Notes under the pieces: model-generated
The model's database searches: none
What the model was told of the DNA's origin: nothing
Seen by the model: only the letters and a program-made list of their open reading frames with translations
Assembly: GCA_034660035.1 (NCBI GenBank)
Contig: JAYEIJ010000079.1
Coordinates: forward strand, 2,405-62,225
Length of the DNA stretch: 59,821 nucleotides
Reading direction: 5' to 3'
From: Actinomycetota bacterium
GTDB taxonomy: Bacteria > Actinomycetota > Acidimicrobiia > Spongiisociales > UBA5794
Position numbers and translations under genes: made by a program
Shown: positions 46,374-55,644 of the stretch, piece by piece
How positions within the stretch are numbered: the stretch's first letter is position 1
Layout of the letters: each line of letters begins with the position of its first letter

Positions 46374-46477
46374 GCCACCAGCTTCCAGCTTCCAGCCGCC
46401 AGCAAGAACAGGTTCAACAGCCCGAGATCTCGCAATTTGCATCTCTGCCTGGTGGCTGGAAGCTCGTAGCTGGTAGC
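46374..46477. repeat. inverted heptamer arrays: 4 x GCNNCCA, 48-nt spacer, 4 x TGGNNGC
   Basis: Left arm gccacca gcttcca gcttcca gccgcca (46374-46401). Right arm tggtggc tggaagc tcgtagc tggtagc (46450-46477). The arms are about 80% complementary. The spacer holds a small hairpin GAGAT-n12-ATCTC (46424-46445). Confidence 0.9.
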
Positions 46478-46544
46478 TTCTTCGTCCCCCAAACCCTTCA
46501 CACCCTCTATTCTCGGTCATGCGAGAAACACAGGAGGCTGACGC

Positions 46545-47519
46545 GTGCAAGTGACCCCGGACGAACTGGCCTGGTTCGATGAACGATTCCGAGCCGTCGC
46601 CGACAACATCGAGCATGTCATCCAGGGCAAGCGGGAGACGGTGGAACTCATCGTCTCGTGCCTGATCTCGGGCGGGCACGTCCTCATCGAAGACGTGCCG
46701 GGCGTTGGGAAGACGCTCCTGGCCAAGTCCCTCGCGCGGTCGATCGATTGCTCGTTCCAGCGGATCCAGTTCACCCCGGACCTCCTCCCCTCCGACATCA
46801 CCGGTGTCTCCGTCTGGGATCGCGAATCCGGAGAGTTCGTCTTCCGCTCCGGGCCCGTCTTCTCGAATGTCGTCCTCGGAGACGAGATCAACCGTGCGAG
46901 TCCGAAGACCCAGGCAGCGTTGCTCGAAGCGATGGAAGAGCTTCAGGTCACCGTCGACGGCGTGACTCGCACCCTCGGTCCCCCGTTCATCGTGGTGGCA
47001 ACACAGAACCCGATCGAGCACGAGGGAACCTACCCCCTCCCTGAAGCACAGCTCGATCGTTTCATGATGCGCCTCACGATCGGGTATCCGACTCGCTCCA
47101 AGGAACTCGAGATGCTCGACACCCACGGCAATCGATCCACGTTCGAAGATCTTCGGCCGGTCATCCACGCAGAGGACGTCGTCCGGATGGCCGAGATCGC
47201 TCTACAGGTCCACGTAGCGGATGTCGTGAAGGAGTACATCATCGACATAGCCGAGGCAACGCGAGATGAACCCGATCTTCTTCTCGGTGCGTCTCCGCGG
47301 GCTTCGCTGTTCCTCCAACGAGCGGCACGCACGATCGCCGCGATCGCCGGTCGCGACTACGTATCTCCGGACGATGTGAAGAACGTGCTGTTTCCGGTGC
47401 TCAACCACCGGCTGATCATGCGTCCCGAGGCGCAGATGCGGGGAGTCACCGTAGAGAAGATCCTCGAAGGAGTCAGCGGAAGCGTACCGGTACCCGGCAC
47501 TCGCGTCGCGGCGACCTAA
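46545..47519 (+). CDS. moxR: MoxR-family AAA+ ATPase
   Basis: Walker A EDVPGVGKTLLAKSLA, Walker B VVLGDEINRA. 324 aa, typical MoxR size. GTG start after AGGAGG. Confidence 0.9.
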   Translation: MQVTPDELAWFDERFRAVADNIEHVIQGKRETVELIVSCLISGGHVLIEDVPGVGKTLLAKSLARSIDCSFQRIQFTPDLLPSDITGVSVWDRESGEFVFRSGPVFSNVVLGDEINRASPKTQAALLEAMEELQVTVDGVTRTLGPPFIVVATQNPIEHEGTYPLPEAQLDRFMMRLTIGYPTRSKELEMLDTHGNRSTFEDLRPVIHAEDVVRMAEIALQVHVADVVKEYIIDIAEATRDEPDLLLGASPRASLFLQRAARTIAAIAGRDYVSPDDVKNVLFPVLNHRLIMRPEAQMRGVTVEKILEGVSGSVPVPGTRVAAT

Positions 47520-47532
47520 GGACCGGTCACTG

Positions 47533-48717
47533 ATGCCAACGACCCGCGGATGGGCAGCCCTCGGAGCGGGCGTTGCGCTGATCGTCTTGTGGGTCGTGTT
47601 CGGCGAGCGGTTGATGCTCGGCGTGGGCCTCTTCCTCGCCCTGGCGATCGGGAGCGGAGTCGCCTACGTGCGGTCGACCGTTCCGAGCGTGGCGGTCTCG
47701 CGCCTCATCACTCCCTTTCAGGTTCACGATGGGGACCGGGCGATCGTGGAAGTCACACTCTCGACCAGTCGTCGCATTCCCCAGGCCATCGTCATCGATG
47801 AGGTCTCCGGTTTGGGCACAGCACGCTTCGTTGCCGACCGCGTGGAACCCCGGAACCCGATGATCGCCCGCTATGAGATCTTGTGTCGTCCCCGGGGGAT
47901 CTACACGGTCGGGCCGGCCATCGTCCAGGTTCGGGACCCGCTCGCTCTCTCCGAGGCTGGGGGCACGGCCGGGAAGACCGACCACCTCGCTGTGTACCCG
48001 GCCGTCGAAGACCTCGACGGCCTCCCGCTCGGACGCGGCCACGACCCGACCGTCAACACCTCCCGGTCGAGCTTCTCCCCGACCGGAGGAGAGGACTTCT
48101 TCACCCTTCGCGAATACCAACTGGGAGACGACCTCAGAAAGGTCCATTGGCCGTCTACGGCGAAACGCGACGAACTCATGATCCGCCAGTTGGAGATTCC
48201 GTGGCAAACGAGGGCGCTCGTCCTCCTCGATCCCCGCGTAGCGGCGTACCCGGATTCGGAGATGTTCGAGCATGCCGTTCGAGGAGCCGCATCTGTTTTC
48301 CGGCATCTGTTCAGAAACGGTTTCACTCCAACGCTGTGGACCGGGACCGGGTCCGGGGCCGTGGTCGGTAGCGGCGAGGGTTACGGGATCGCGATGGAAG
48401 AGCTCGCCGCCGTTCAACCGGCACCGGTTCTCGATCTCGTGACATCGATCGCTCGTCTTCGCCGTACGGGAGCCACCGGAGGCGTTCTCATCCTGGTTAC
48501 GGGCGTACCCGACGATCCCGTTCTCGGCATGTACCGACTTCTCGGAAAGGACTTCTACCGGACGGTCGTGATGTCGTCGGGATCTAGAGCCGACGACGCA
48601 CTCGTGCAGTTCGCCCGTGCCGGAGCGACGGTGGTCTCGTCACCTTCGACCGAACCCTGGGCATCGGCTTGGAAGCAAGGAATGGAACGGACGTGGTCTA
48701 CCGCTACAGCTGGATAG
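47533..48717 (+). CDS. DUF58 domain protein (vWA-like partner of MoxR)
   Basis: N-terminal TM pair and the DUF58 signature REYQLGDDLRKVHWPSTAK. Confidence 0.85.
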   Translation: MPTTRGWAALGAGVALIVLWVVFGERLMLGVGLFLALAIGSGVAYVRSTVPSVAVSRLITPFQVHDGDRAIVEVTLSTSRRIPQAIVIDEVSGLGTARFVADRVEPRNPMIARYEILCRPRGIYTVGPAIVQVRDPLALSEAGGTAGKTDHLAVYPAVEDLDGLPLGRGHDPTVNTSRSSFSPTGGEDFFTLREYQLGDDLRKVHWPSTAKRDELMIRQLEIPWQTRALVLLDPRVAAYPDSEMFEHAVRGAASVFRHLFRNGFTPTLWTGTGSGAVVGSGEGYGIAMEELAAVQPAPVLDLVTSIARLRRTGATGGVLILVTGVPDDPVLGMYRLLGKDFYRTVVMSSGSRADDALVQFARAGATVVSSPSTEPWASAWKQGMERTWSTATAG

Positions 48718-51062
48718 CCGGTCTCGCGTCGATCGGGTTCGCCTTCTGGCAACTGACGCGGCTGCTGCTGCCGACGGCGTCGGGGGCCAAGTGGCAGCTC
48801 GTTGTGCTGTCCGGATTCGCCATCGGCCTCATCGTCACGTGGACGGCCGTGACGTATCGGTTGCGAGCGATATGGATCGTGGTGATCAACGTTGCTGCGC
48901 TCTTCCTGGTGGCGACCCGGTTCGCGGCGCCATCGGATTCGCTCTTCATCCTGCCGACGAGGTCCGGGATCGTTGTGCTCTGGTCGGATCTCGTTCGTGC
49001 CTTCGATGTCATCCGACATGGTGTTGAACCGGTCCGGCCGATCGTCGGCATCGTCGTGATCCTGACGGCCCTGTTCTGGCTGCTCGGAGGCCTCCTTGCG
49101 TGGGGTCTCTCGAAAGACCATCCCTTCACAGCGCTCCTTCCACCGCTCGTCGTTGCGCTTCAATTCGCAACACTGAATCGGCGCAACGACGGCCTCATCG
49201 TTCTCGGCACCTTCATCGTCCTGGTCGCGGGAACGATCCTCGCCGTCGCTCTGGACGAGCGCGATCGAGGGGCGGGACGGATGGTCGGTGACCGCCAGCG
49301 ACCGCCCTCGAACGCCCCAACACTCACGGCTGCACTGCTCGTGGCGATGACGGTCGCCGTTGCCGTCGTCGGAGTAGGGATGATCGGCCCCAAGCTTCCA
49401 CCCGATGGGGTCTTGTCGTGGCGTACTCCGGGGGGGTTGGGCGGCGGGATCTATGGGGGCGTCTCCTACAACCCGTACGTCAGCATCCACGACGGTCTCG
49501 TCTCTCAGGAAGGCATTCCTCTTTTCCGGGCGACGATCGACGGAGATGCGTCTCCCGACGAGGTGTATTTCCGCCTCCTCACGCTGGACACGTACAGCAA
49601 CGGACAGTGGTCGGTCAACCGGCCGCGGGTCTACGCGCTGGACGAAGAACCGCTCGAAGAAGAGGGGTACGAGTTCGGCGGAGAGACCGAAAGCATCACT
49701 GCCGACATCGAGATCGAGGCGCTCGGACAGGATTGGCTCCCGACCCCATACGCCGTCGTCGGCGCCGACGGCGAAGAAGCCGACGCGTTCCGGATCCGTC
49801 GAACCGACACGTCGGTGGTCTTCCGCGGTGACCGGACGTACCGGGGCATGCAGTACCGGATCCTTTCCGAGATCCCGGTGGTCGATCCGGCGGCAGTCGC
49901 CGGTGTGCCGGGTGGCGGCCTCTCTCCTCTGTTCTCTGCCGCTGCAGTGGGAGGCGAGACACCACCGGATCTCACCCACGTCGAGTACCGGGAGTTGCCG
50001 GACGCTGAGAAGTTCATCGACCTTCCCCCGGGAATCCACCCGGATATCGAGTCCGAGGCGATCGAACTGACACGGAACCTCACCACGTCGTTCGAGAAGG
50101 GCCTCGCCATCGAGCACTGGTTCCGGGAGTCAGGAGGCTTCGTCTACGACCTCGATGTCCACGGCCAAGGACACGGCGAAGACGTCCTCGCCACCTGGCT
50201 GTTCGACGATGCTCCGGAGAACGTCGGGTATCGCAGGGGCTACTGCGAGCAGTTCGCGACATCGATGGCGGTGATGACCCGTTCGATCGGTATCCCGACG
50301 AGGGTCGTCCTCGGCTTCACCCCCGGCGACAGCATCAGCCCTGACGAAGTAGTGGTACTGGACAACAACGCGCACTCCTGGGTCGAACTGTGGATCCCGA
50401 GCCAGGGTTGGGTCAGTTTCGACCCGACGCCGCGCCGGGACGGCGCGAATCCGGCTACCAGCTACCGGACGATGGAGGACGCTCTGGGCTACGACCTCGC
50501 CACCTATCTCGATCAGGTACCCGAGCCGGTACGCATCCCGGCCGACAATCCCAACGACCTGCCCAGCGGAGTCTTCTCGCAGGACAACAGGCGACCGGAT
50601 GTGGGATTCATCGGCACCGGTGGCGAGACGACGTCTGCGTCGCTCCCTGGTTGGATCCAGATCGTGAGCGTTGTCGCTGCGCTCCTGGTGCTCATCGCCA
50701 TCGCTCTGCCGCTCCTGAAGTGGATCAGCCGTCGCAGTCGCATGCGACGCCTGGCTGAGGGCGATGTTTCGGCGGCGTGGGAGGAGATCGTCGTGAGGCT
50801 CACCGACCTGGCCGAGGAGCCGGATCCGGCATCGACTCCGGGTGAGGTCGCGGCGCGGGTCGATGAATCGATGGCGCCGTTGGCCGCCGTCTACACCCGG
50901 TCGGTCTATGGCAGCACCGATACCGTTCCCGACGACCAGATCGAGGTCGCCCGACGTTCGATGGAGAAGACGAGCGAGCGGCTTGCGACCCGCTACTCCC
51001 CCTTGGAACGCACACGTTCGCAGTACCGGCTGAGTTCGCTTCGGAGACGCTTCCGACGGTGA
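48669..51062 (+). CDS. transglutaminase-domain membrane protein (TgpA-like)
   Basis: N-terminal polytopic region, then a transglutaminase core with Cys (RRGYCEQFATSMAVM), His (AHSWVELW) and Asp (SFDPT), and a C-terminal TM. The start is approximate (TTG 48669 or GTG 48693). Confidence 0.85.
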   Translation: MEARNGTDVVYRYSWIAGLASIGFAFWQLTRLLLPTASGAKWQLVVLSGFAIGLIVTWTAVTYRLRAIWIVVINVAALFLVATRFAAPSDSLFILPTRSGIVVLWSDLVRAFDVIRHGVEPVRPIVGIVVILTALFWLLGGLLAWGLSKDHPFTALLPPLVVALQFATLNRRNDGLIVLGTFIVLVAGTILAVALDERDRGAGRMVGDRQRPPSNAPTLTAALLVAMTVAVAVVGVGMIGPKLPPDGVLSWRTPGGLGGGIYGGVSYNPYVSIHDGLVSQEGIPLFRATIDGDASPDEVYFRLLTLDTYSNGQWSVNRPRVYALDEEPLEEEGYEFGGETESITADIEIEALGQDWLPTPYAVVGADGEEADAFRIRRTDTSVVFRGDRTYRGMQYRILSEIPVVDPAAVAGVPGGGLSPLFSAAAVGGETPPDLTHVEYRELPDAEKFIDLPPGIHPDIESEAIELTRNLTTSFEKGLAIEHWFRESGGFVYDLDVHGQGHGEDVLATWLFDDAPENVGYRRGYCEQFATSMAVMTRSIGIPTRVVLGFTPGDSISPDEVVVLDNNAHSWVELWIPSQGWVSFDPTPRRDGANPATSYRTMEDALGYDLATYLDQVPEPVRIPADNPNDLPSGVFSQDNRRPDVGFIGTGGETTSASLPGWIQIVSVVAALLVLIAIALPLLKWISRRSRMRRLAEGDVSAAWEEIVVRLTDLAEEPDPASTPGEVAARVDESMAPLAAVYTRSVYGSTDTVPDDQIEVARRSMEKTSERLATRYSPLERTRSQYRLSSLRRRFRR

Positions 51063-51089
51063 TGGCGGTTCCGGTCCGGAGGTCTCAGA

Positions 51090-51587
51090 TCATCCGCCGG
51101 CTTCGTCGACCTCCGCGAGAACGTCATCCTCGACGAAGCGGAGCATCTCGAGGAATCGCGTCCGGTCGAGTTCGAACAGGGAGACGTCCTCTTCGACGGA
51201 CTGCGTGATGTCGTTGATCGCTATGAAGAAGGCGAGCTGTCCTTGTCGCAGAGCATCAAGGATCTCTTCCTCGTCGACCGCAACCGCGAAGATCGTGTCC
51301 CCGTCGGTGACGAGGCGGATCTCGGAGAGGTGGTTCTCCATATCGCCGGTCCGTCGCAGGTAGTCCCATGCCCGGCGCACTCGCTGAATCGACATCCCGT
51401 TGTCGAGAAGGCTCTTGACGACCCTCAGGGCCACGAGATCCCGAAACGAGTAGAGGCGACGCCGACCCGGCCGACCGCCGGTTTGCTGGAGGGAGGGCTG
51501 AACGAGCGCCACTTTGTCCCAGTACCGAAGCTGATGAGGTGTACAAGCCGTCAGTCGAGTCGCTTGCTGAGCGGTGAAACCATCCAC
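51090..51587 (-). CDS. MerR family transcriptional regulator
   Basis: HTH FTAQQATRLTACTPHQLRYWDKVAL...YSFRDLVALRVV. Start assigned to GTG 51587 so that the HTH lies at the N-terminus; ORF-track start is 51695. Confidence 0.8.
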   Translation of the reverse strand: MDGFTAQQATRLTACTPHQLRYWDKVALVQPSLQQTGGRPGRRRLYSFRDLVALRVVKSLLDNGMSIQRVRRAWDYLRRTGDMENHLSEIRLVTDGDTIFAVAVDEEEILDALRQGQLAFFIAINDITQSVEEDVSLFELDRTRFLEMLRFVEDDVLAEVDEAGG

Positions 51588-51660
51588 GCGTTTTCCCCAT
51601 CGTTCTCCGGCCGCCCGGCCGGTTCGTAAATCCTTGTGACCCCTCGCGGGGAACGCAATC

Positions 51661-52002
51661 TTAGCGTTCTCGACGCCAACGTTCTCTGGCGTCATCCATC
51701 CATCCGGAGACGGAGAACGAGGCGGTCCGATCGGCCCGCATCCCGCGCATCGTCGTAGCGATCGTAGCGGCAGACGCCACCATCAAGATGAACCCGAAAC
51801 CGGCGAGATATGAGAACCTCGTGAAGGTTCCGAGCATGATCGCCAGTCCGACGAAGAAGCCGATTCCTGCGAGAAGTCGGCGTCGTCTGATACGGGTCGA
51901 CAGATCGGTCTTGGCGACCGTTTGCGCGAGTTTGGGATCCTCGGCATAGAGGTTGCGTTCGATCTCTTCAAGGATCTTCTGCTCTCGATCGTCCAGCGCC
52001 AT
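51661..52002 (-). CDS. DUF3040 membrane protein
   Basis: 113 aa from ATG 52002. MALDDREQKILEEIERNLYAEDPKLA followed by two TM helices. Confidence 0.7.
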   Translation of the reverse strand: MALDDREQKILEEIERNLYAEDPKLAQTVAKTDLSTRIRRRRLLAGIGFFVGLAIMLGTFTRFSYLAGFGFILMVASAATIATTMRGMRADRTASFSVSGWMDDARERWRRER

Positions 52003-52075
52003 TCGGCCAGCCTCCGCGTCGAACCGGTTCCCACTCACAGTATACCGGTACGACACTTACGCGTAACGGGTCCTT

Positions 52076-53275
52076 TCAGCCTTCATCGCGAGTTCGGTGG
52101 TTCGGATCCCTTGGGGATGGCACAACCCTGGCGGGGATGACGGCTCCCGCACCAAACCGATCCCTGACACCGTCGATGGCCTCGGCTGCAGCGTCGATCC
52201 GCTCGTGACCGAGCACCATCTGCCTGGCGCCCCCGACGTCAACGAGATCGCTCACCGCCACTCCGAGCAAGCGAACGGACCTTGCACCGATCGCGGCACG
52301 ATCGATGAGAGCGCCGGCGGTCTTCCAGATGTCCGCCGTAGAGGCGATCGGTTCCTGGTGCCGCGACGAACGGCTGATCGTGGCGAAGTCGGAGAACCGG
52401 ACCTTGAGCGTGACCGTGTGACCTGCAACGCCCGCCTTCGCCAAGCGTGCTGCAACCTGGTCACACAACCTGAGCGTCTCACGCTCGATCGTGTCCCGAT
52501 CGCCGAGGTCCCGGGCGAACGTGCTCTCCGACGAGATCGACCGGGCCGGTGTCCCTCCCTCAACGGCGCGAGGATCCTGGGCACGGGCCAGCGCCCCGAG
52601 GTGCTGCGCCGCTGCCTTCCCGATCCGGTGTTCCAACAGAACGGCCGGAGTGCCGGCGAGATCGCCGATGGTTCGGATCCCGAGATCGCCGAGCGACTTC
52701 TCCGTCGCCTCTCCCACGCCCCACAGTTCACCGATGTCGAGCGGGTGGAGGAAGTCGAGTTCCGCTCCCGCAGCGATGAGCAGCATCCCATCGGGCTTCG
52801 CGTGTTTCGATGCGAGTTTCGCGACGAACTTGTTCGCTGCGATCCCGACCGACGCCGGGATGCCGATCTGCTCTCTGATCGCCACTCTGATCTCTGTACC
52901 GATCTCCTCGACCGATCGATAGTGGAACCTGAGTCCGGACACGTCGAGGAACGCTTCATCGATGGATATCCCCTCGACGAGCGGCGTGAACGAGCGCATG
53001 ATCTCGAAGATCTCTGCCGAAACGGCGCCGTAGCGACCGTGCGATGAGTCGACCACGACGAGACCGGGGCATCGTCGCCGTGCCTCCCCGACCGGCATGG
53101 CCGACCGCACCCCGAAGCCGCGGGCCTCGTAACTGGCCGACGCCACGACACCGCGACCACCGGTTCCGCCCACCGCGACCGGCTTCCCGATCAGTTCCGG
53201 ATGATCGAGTCGTTCGACCTCGACGAAGAACGAATCCATGTCGACGTGCAGGATTGGCTCAGCGAACCGCGTCAT
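52076..53275 (-). CDS. dinB: DNA polymerase IV (Y family)
   Basis: ILHVDMDSFFVEVE catalytic start and Y-family palm/little-finger colinearity; 399 aa. Confidence 0.9.
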   Translation of the reverse strand: MTRFAEPILHVDMDSFFVEVERLDHPELIGKPVAVGGTGGRGVVASASYEARGFGVRSAMPVGEARRRCPGLVVVDSSHGRYGAVSAEIFEIMRSFTPLVEGISIDEAFLDVSGLRFHYRSVEEIGTEIRVAIREQIGIPASVGIAANKFVAKLASKHAKPDGMLLIAAGAELDFLHPLDIGELWGVGEATEKSLGDLGIRTIGDLAGTPAVLLEHRIGKAAAQHLGALARAQDPRAVEGGTPARSISSESTFARDLGDRDTIERETLRLCDQVAARLAKAGVAGHTVTLKVRFSDFATISRSSRHQEPIASTADIWKTAGALIDRAAIGARSVRLLGVAVSDLVDVGGARQMVLGHERIDAAAEAIDGVRDRFGAGAVIPARVVPSPRDPNHRTRDEG

Positions 53276-53290
53276 GGTGTCACGGTAGAG

Positions 53291-53384
53291 CAGTAGCCGA
53301 GTAGATCAGTAGATCAGTAGATCAGGAAGCCGCCGGCTACCAGCAGGGCCCTGTACCGAATACGGACTACGGACTACGGACTAC
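53291..53384. repeat. composite short-tandem-repeat block: 4 x SAGTAGNN octamer, 38-nt spacer, 3 x GGACTAC heptamer
   Basis: cagtagcc gagtagat cagtagat cagtagat (53291-53322). ggactac x3 (53364-53384). Same architecture as 6985-7067. The heptamers encode the last codons and the TAG stop of fabF on the minus strand. Confidence 0.9.
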
Positions 53385-54618
53385 GGAACACCAATACAAC
53401 ATTGTGGCCGCCGAAGCCGAAGGAATTGCTCATCGCGTACTGCACGTCGACGGTTCTGGCTTCCCCAGGGACGTAGTCGAGATCGCACTCCGGGTCGGGA
53501 TCCGTGAGATTGATCGTGGGTGGCACGACGCCATCGCGGATCGCGAGCACGCTGGCGACGGCCTCTACTGCTCCGGCCCCGCCGAGCAGGTGCCCCGTCA
53601 TCGACTTCGTCGACGAGATCGGCACCCGGTACGCATGGTCACCGAACACGGTCTTGATCGCCATGGTCTCGGTGACGTCGTTCGCCGCCGTGGACGTTCC
53701 ATGGGCGTTGATGTACGAAACCTGTTCGGCGGCGATCCCTGCATCGTCGAGGGCACTCTGCATGGCTCTCGCCGCGCCGTCGCCGCCGGGACGGGGCAGC
53801 GTCACGTGGTAGCCGTCGGCCGACATGCCGTACCCGACGACTTCTGCGTACACCGTCGCACCGCGTTCCAGTGCATGCTGGCGCTCTTCGAGCACCAGAG
53901 CGGCGGCACCTTCCGCCATGACGAAACCATCCCGGCCAGCGTCGAACGGGCGGCTGGCACCCTGAGGGTCATCGTTGCGAGTGCTCAATGCCCGTGCCTG
54001 GGCGAACCCGCCCATGGCGAGCCGCGTGATGGCGGCATCGGCACCCCCGGCGAGCATCACGTCGGCCGCTCCTCGCTGGATGATCGCGGCAGCGTCACCG
54101 ATCGCGTTGGCCGACGCCGCACACGCGGTCACCGCCGTGGTGTTCGGTCCGTAGAGATTGAAATCGATCGAGGCCTGACCTCCCGCCAGGTTCGCGATGA
54201 TCTTCGGGATCCCGAACGGACTCAACCGATGAGGACCAACCTCGAGCAGCGTGGTCACTTCCTCTTCGAACGTGGTGACACCACCGATCCCGGAGCCAAC
54301 GACCACACCTGCCCGGTAGGCGGCAGGGTCATCGGGTTCGTAGGCGATCCCCGCGTCGCCGAGCGCTTCACGGGCGGCGACCCAGAAGAGCTGGGCATAC
54401 CGATCCATCCGTCTCGCCTGGCGTCGGGGCATGAAGGCCTCGATATCGAAGTCCGTGATCTCGCCGGCGATCTGCGACGGCAGATCCGAAGCTTCGATCG
54501 ATGTGATCGGGCCGACCCCCGACGTGCCGTCGAGAAGCCCGCGCCAGGTGCTTTCGACGTCGCCTGCGACGGGGTTGACGGTGCCGAGGCCGGTGACAAC
54601 GACGCGACGGTCGTTCAT
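53374..54618 (-). CDS. fabF: 3-oxoacyl-ACP synthase II
   Basis: Active-site Cys context TAVTACAASANAIG plus the HGTST and GHLLGGAG motifs. Confidence 0.9.
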   Translation of the reverse strand: MNDRRVVVTGLGTVNPVAGDVESTWRGLLDGTSGVGPITSIEASDLPSQIAGEITDFDIEAFMPRRQARRMDRYAQLFWVAAREALGDAGIAYEPDDPAAYRAGVVVGSGIGGVTTFEEEVTTLLEVGPHRLSPFGIPKIIANLAGGQASIDFNLYGPNTTAVTACAASANAIGDAAAIIQRGAADVMLAGGADAAITRLAMGGFAQARALSTRNDDPQGASRPFDAGRDGFVMAEGAAALVLEERQHALERGATVYAEVVGYGMSADGYHVTLPRPGGDGAARAMQSALDDAGIAAEQVSYINAHGTSTAANDVTETMAIKTVFGDHAYRVPISSTKSMTGHLLGGAGAVEAVASVLAIRDGVVPPTINLTDPDPECDLDYVPGEARTVDVQYAMSNSFGFGGHNVVLVFRSP

Positions 54619-54639
54619 GATGTGCTCCTAGTCCAGCTC

Positions 54640-54885
54640 CTACGCGTTGAGTTTCTTCTCCACGAGGTCGATCGCCTCACCCACCGTCGTGATCTGCTCG
54701 GCTTCCTCGTCGGGGATCTTCACTCCGAAGTTGTCCTCGAGGGCCATAAGCAGTTCGACGACGCCGAGCGAGTCGACGTCGAGATCCTCTTCGAACGTCG
54801 CGTCTGCCCTGATGTCATCACGCTCGATCCCAAGCTCATCGACGAGAAGGTCGGTCAGCTTCGATTCGATCTCCGTGCGCTCCAT
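54640..54885 (-). CDS. acpP: acyl carrier protein
   Basis: 81 aa; phosphopantetheine attachment motif LDVDSLGVVEL. Confidence 0.9.
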   Translation of the reverse strand: MERTEIESKLTDLLVDELGIERDDIRADATFEEDLDVDSLGVVELLMALEDNFGVKIPDEEAEQITTVGEAIDLVEKKLNA

Positions 54886-54909
54886 TGTCTCAGCCTCCTA
54901 GTAGCCGTT

Positions 54910-55644
54910 CTACAGGGCCAGACCGCCGTCTACGACGAGTGTCTGGCCCGTTACGTACGCCGCGTCGTCGGAGGCAAGATAGCCCACTGCCGCCGCGATC
55001 TCTTCCGGTCGTCCGAGGCGGCCGACCGCAACCCTGCGGGCCACCTCTTCCGCTATCTCGGTTCCGAGTTCTTCCGTCATGTCCGTTTCGATGAACCCCG
55101 GAGCAACCACGTTGACCGTGATGTTCCTCGATCCGATCTCCCGGGCGATCGACTTCGAGAATCCGATGATCCCCGCCTTCGATGCCGCGTAGTTCGCCTG
55201 GCCGGGGTTTCCCGAGATCCCAGAGATGGAACTCACCGAGATGATCCGGCCCCATCGGGAGCGGAGCATGCCGCGCATGGCGGCCCGCGAGCAGAGGTAC
55301 ACGGAGCGGAGGTTCGTCTCGATCACTTGATCCCAGGCTTCGGGTCCCATCCTCAGCAGCAGGTCGTCCCGCGTGATTCCGGCGTTGTTGACGAGAACGT
55401 CGACGCGTCCGAGTTCCTCTTCCACGGTCTCGAACATGGCTGCCACTGCGTCGGCGTCACCGACGTCTGCTCGCACGGCGATCGCCGTCCCACCGTTTCC
55501 GGTGATCGCTTCGACGACGTCGTCGGCCGCTGCACTGTTCGTCGCGTAGTTGATCGCGACGGCATGGCCATCGGATGCAAGACGCAACGCAACCGCTCTC
55601 CCGATCCCCCGCGAACCTCCGGTAACCAGTGCTACGCGACTCAT
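54910..55644 (-). CDS. fabG: 3-oxoacyl-ACP reductase
   Basis: SDR motifs VTGGSRGIG and YAASKAG. Start ATG 55644 (MSRVALVTGG), sharing 1 nt with the fabH stop. Confidence 0.9.
   Translation of the reverse strand: MSRVALVTGGSRGIGRAVALRLASDGHAVAINYATNSAAADDVVEAITGNGGTAIAVRADVGDADAVAAMFETVEEELGRVDVLVNNAGITRDDLLLRMGPEAWDQVIETNLRSVYLCSRAAMRGMLRSRWGRIISVSSISGISGNPGQANYAASKAGIIGFSKSIAREIGSRNITVNVVAPGFIETDMTEELGTEIAEEVARRVAVGRLGRPEEIAAAVGYLASDDAAYVTGQTLVVDGGLAL

Noticed and set aside
53276-53373. LexA/SOS box upstream of dinB
   Set aside because: There is no GAAC-n4-GTTC-type palindrome between the dinB start and fabF. The region is occupied by the tandem arrays.
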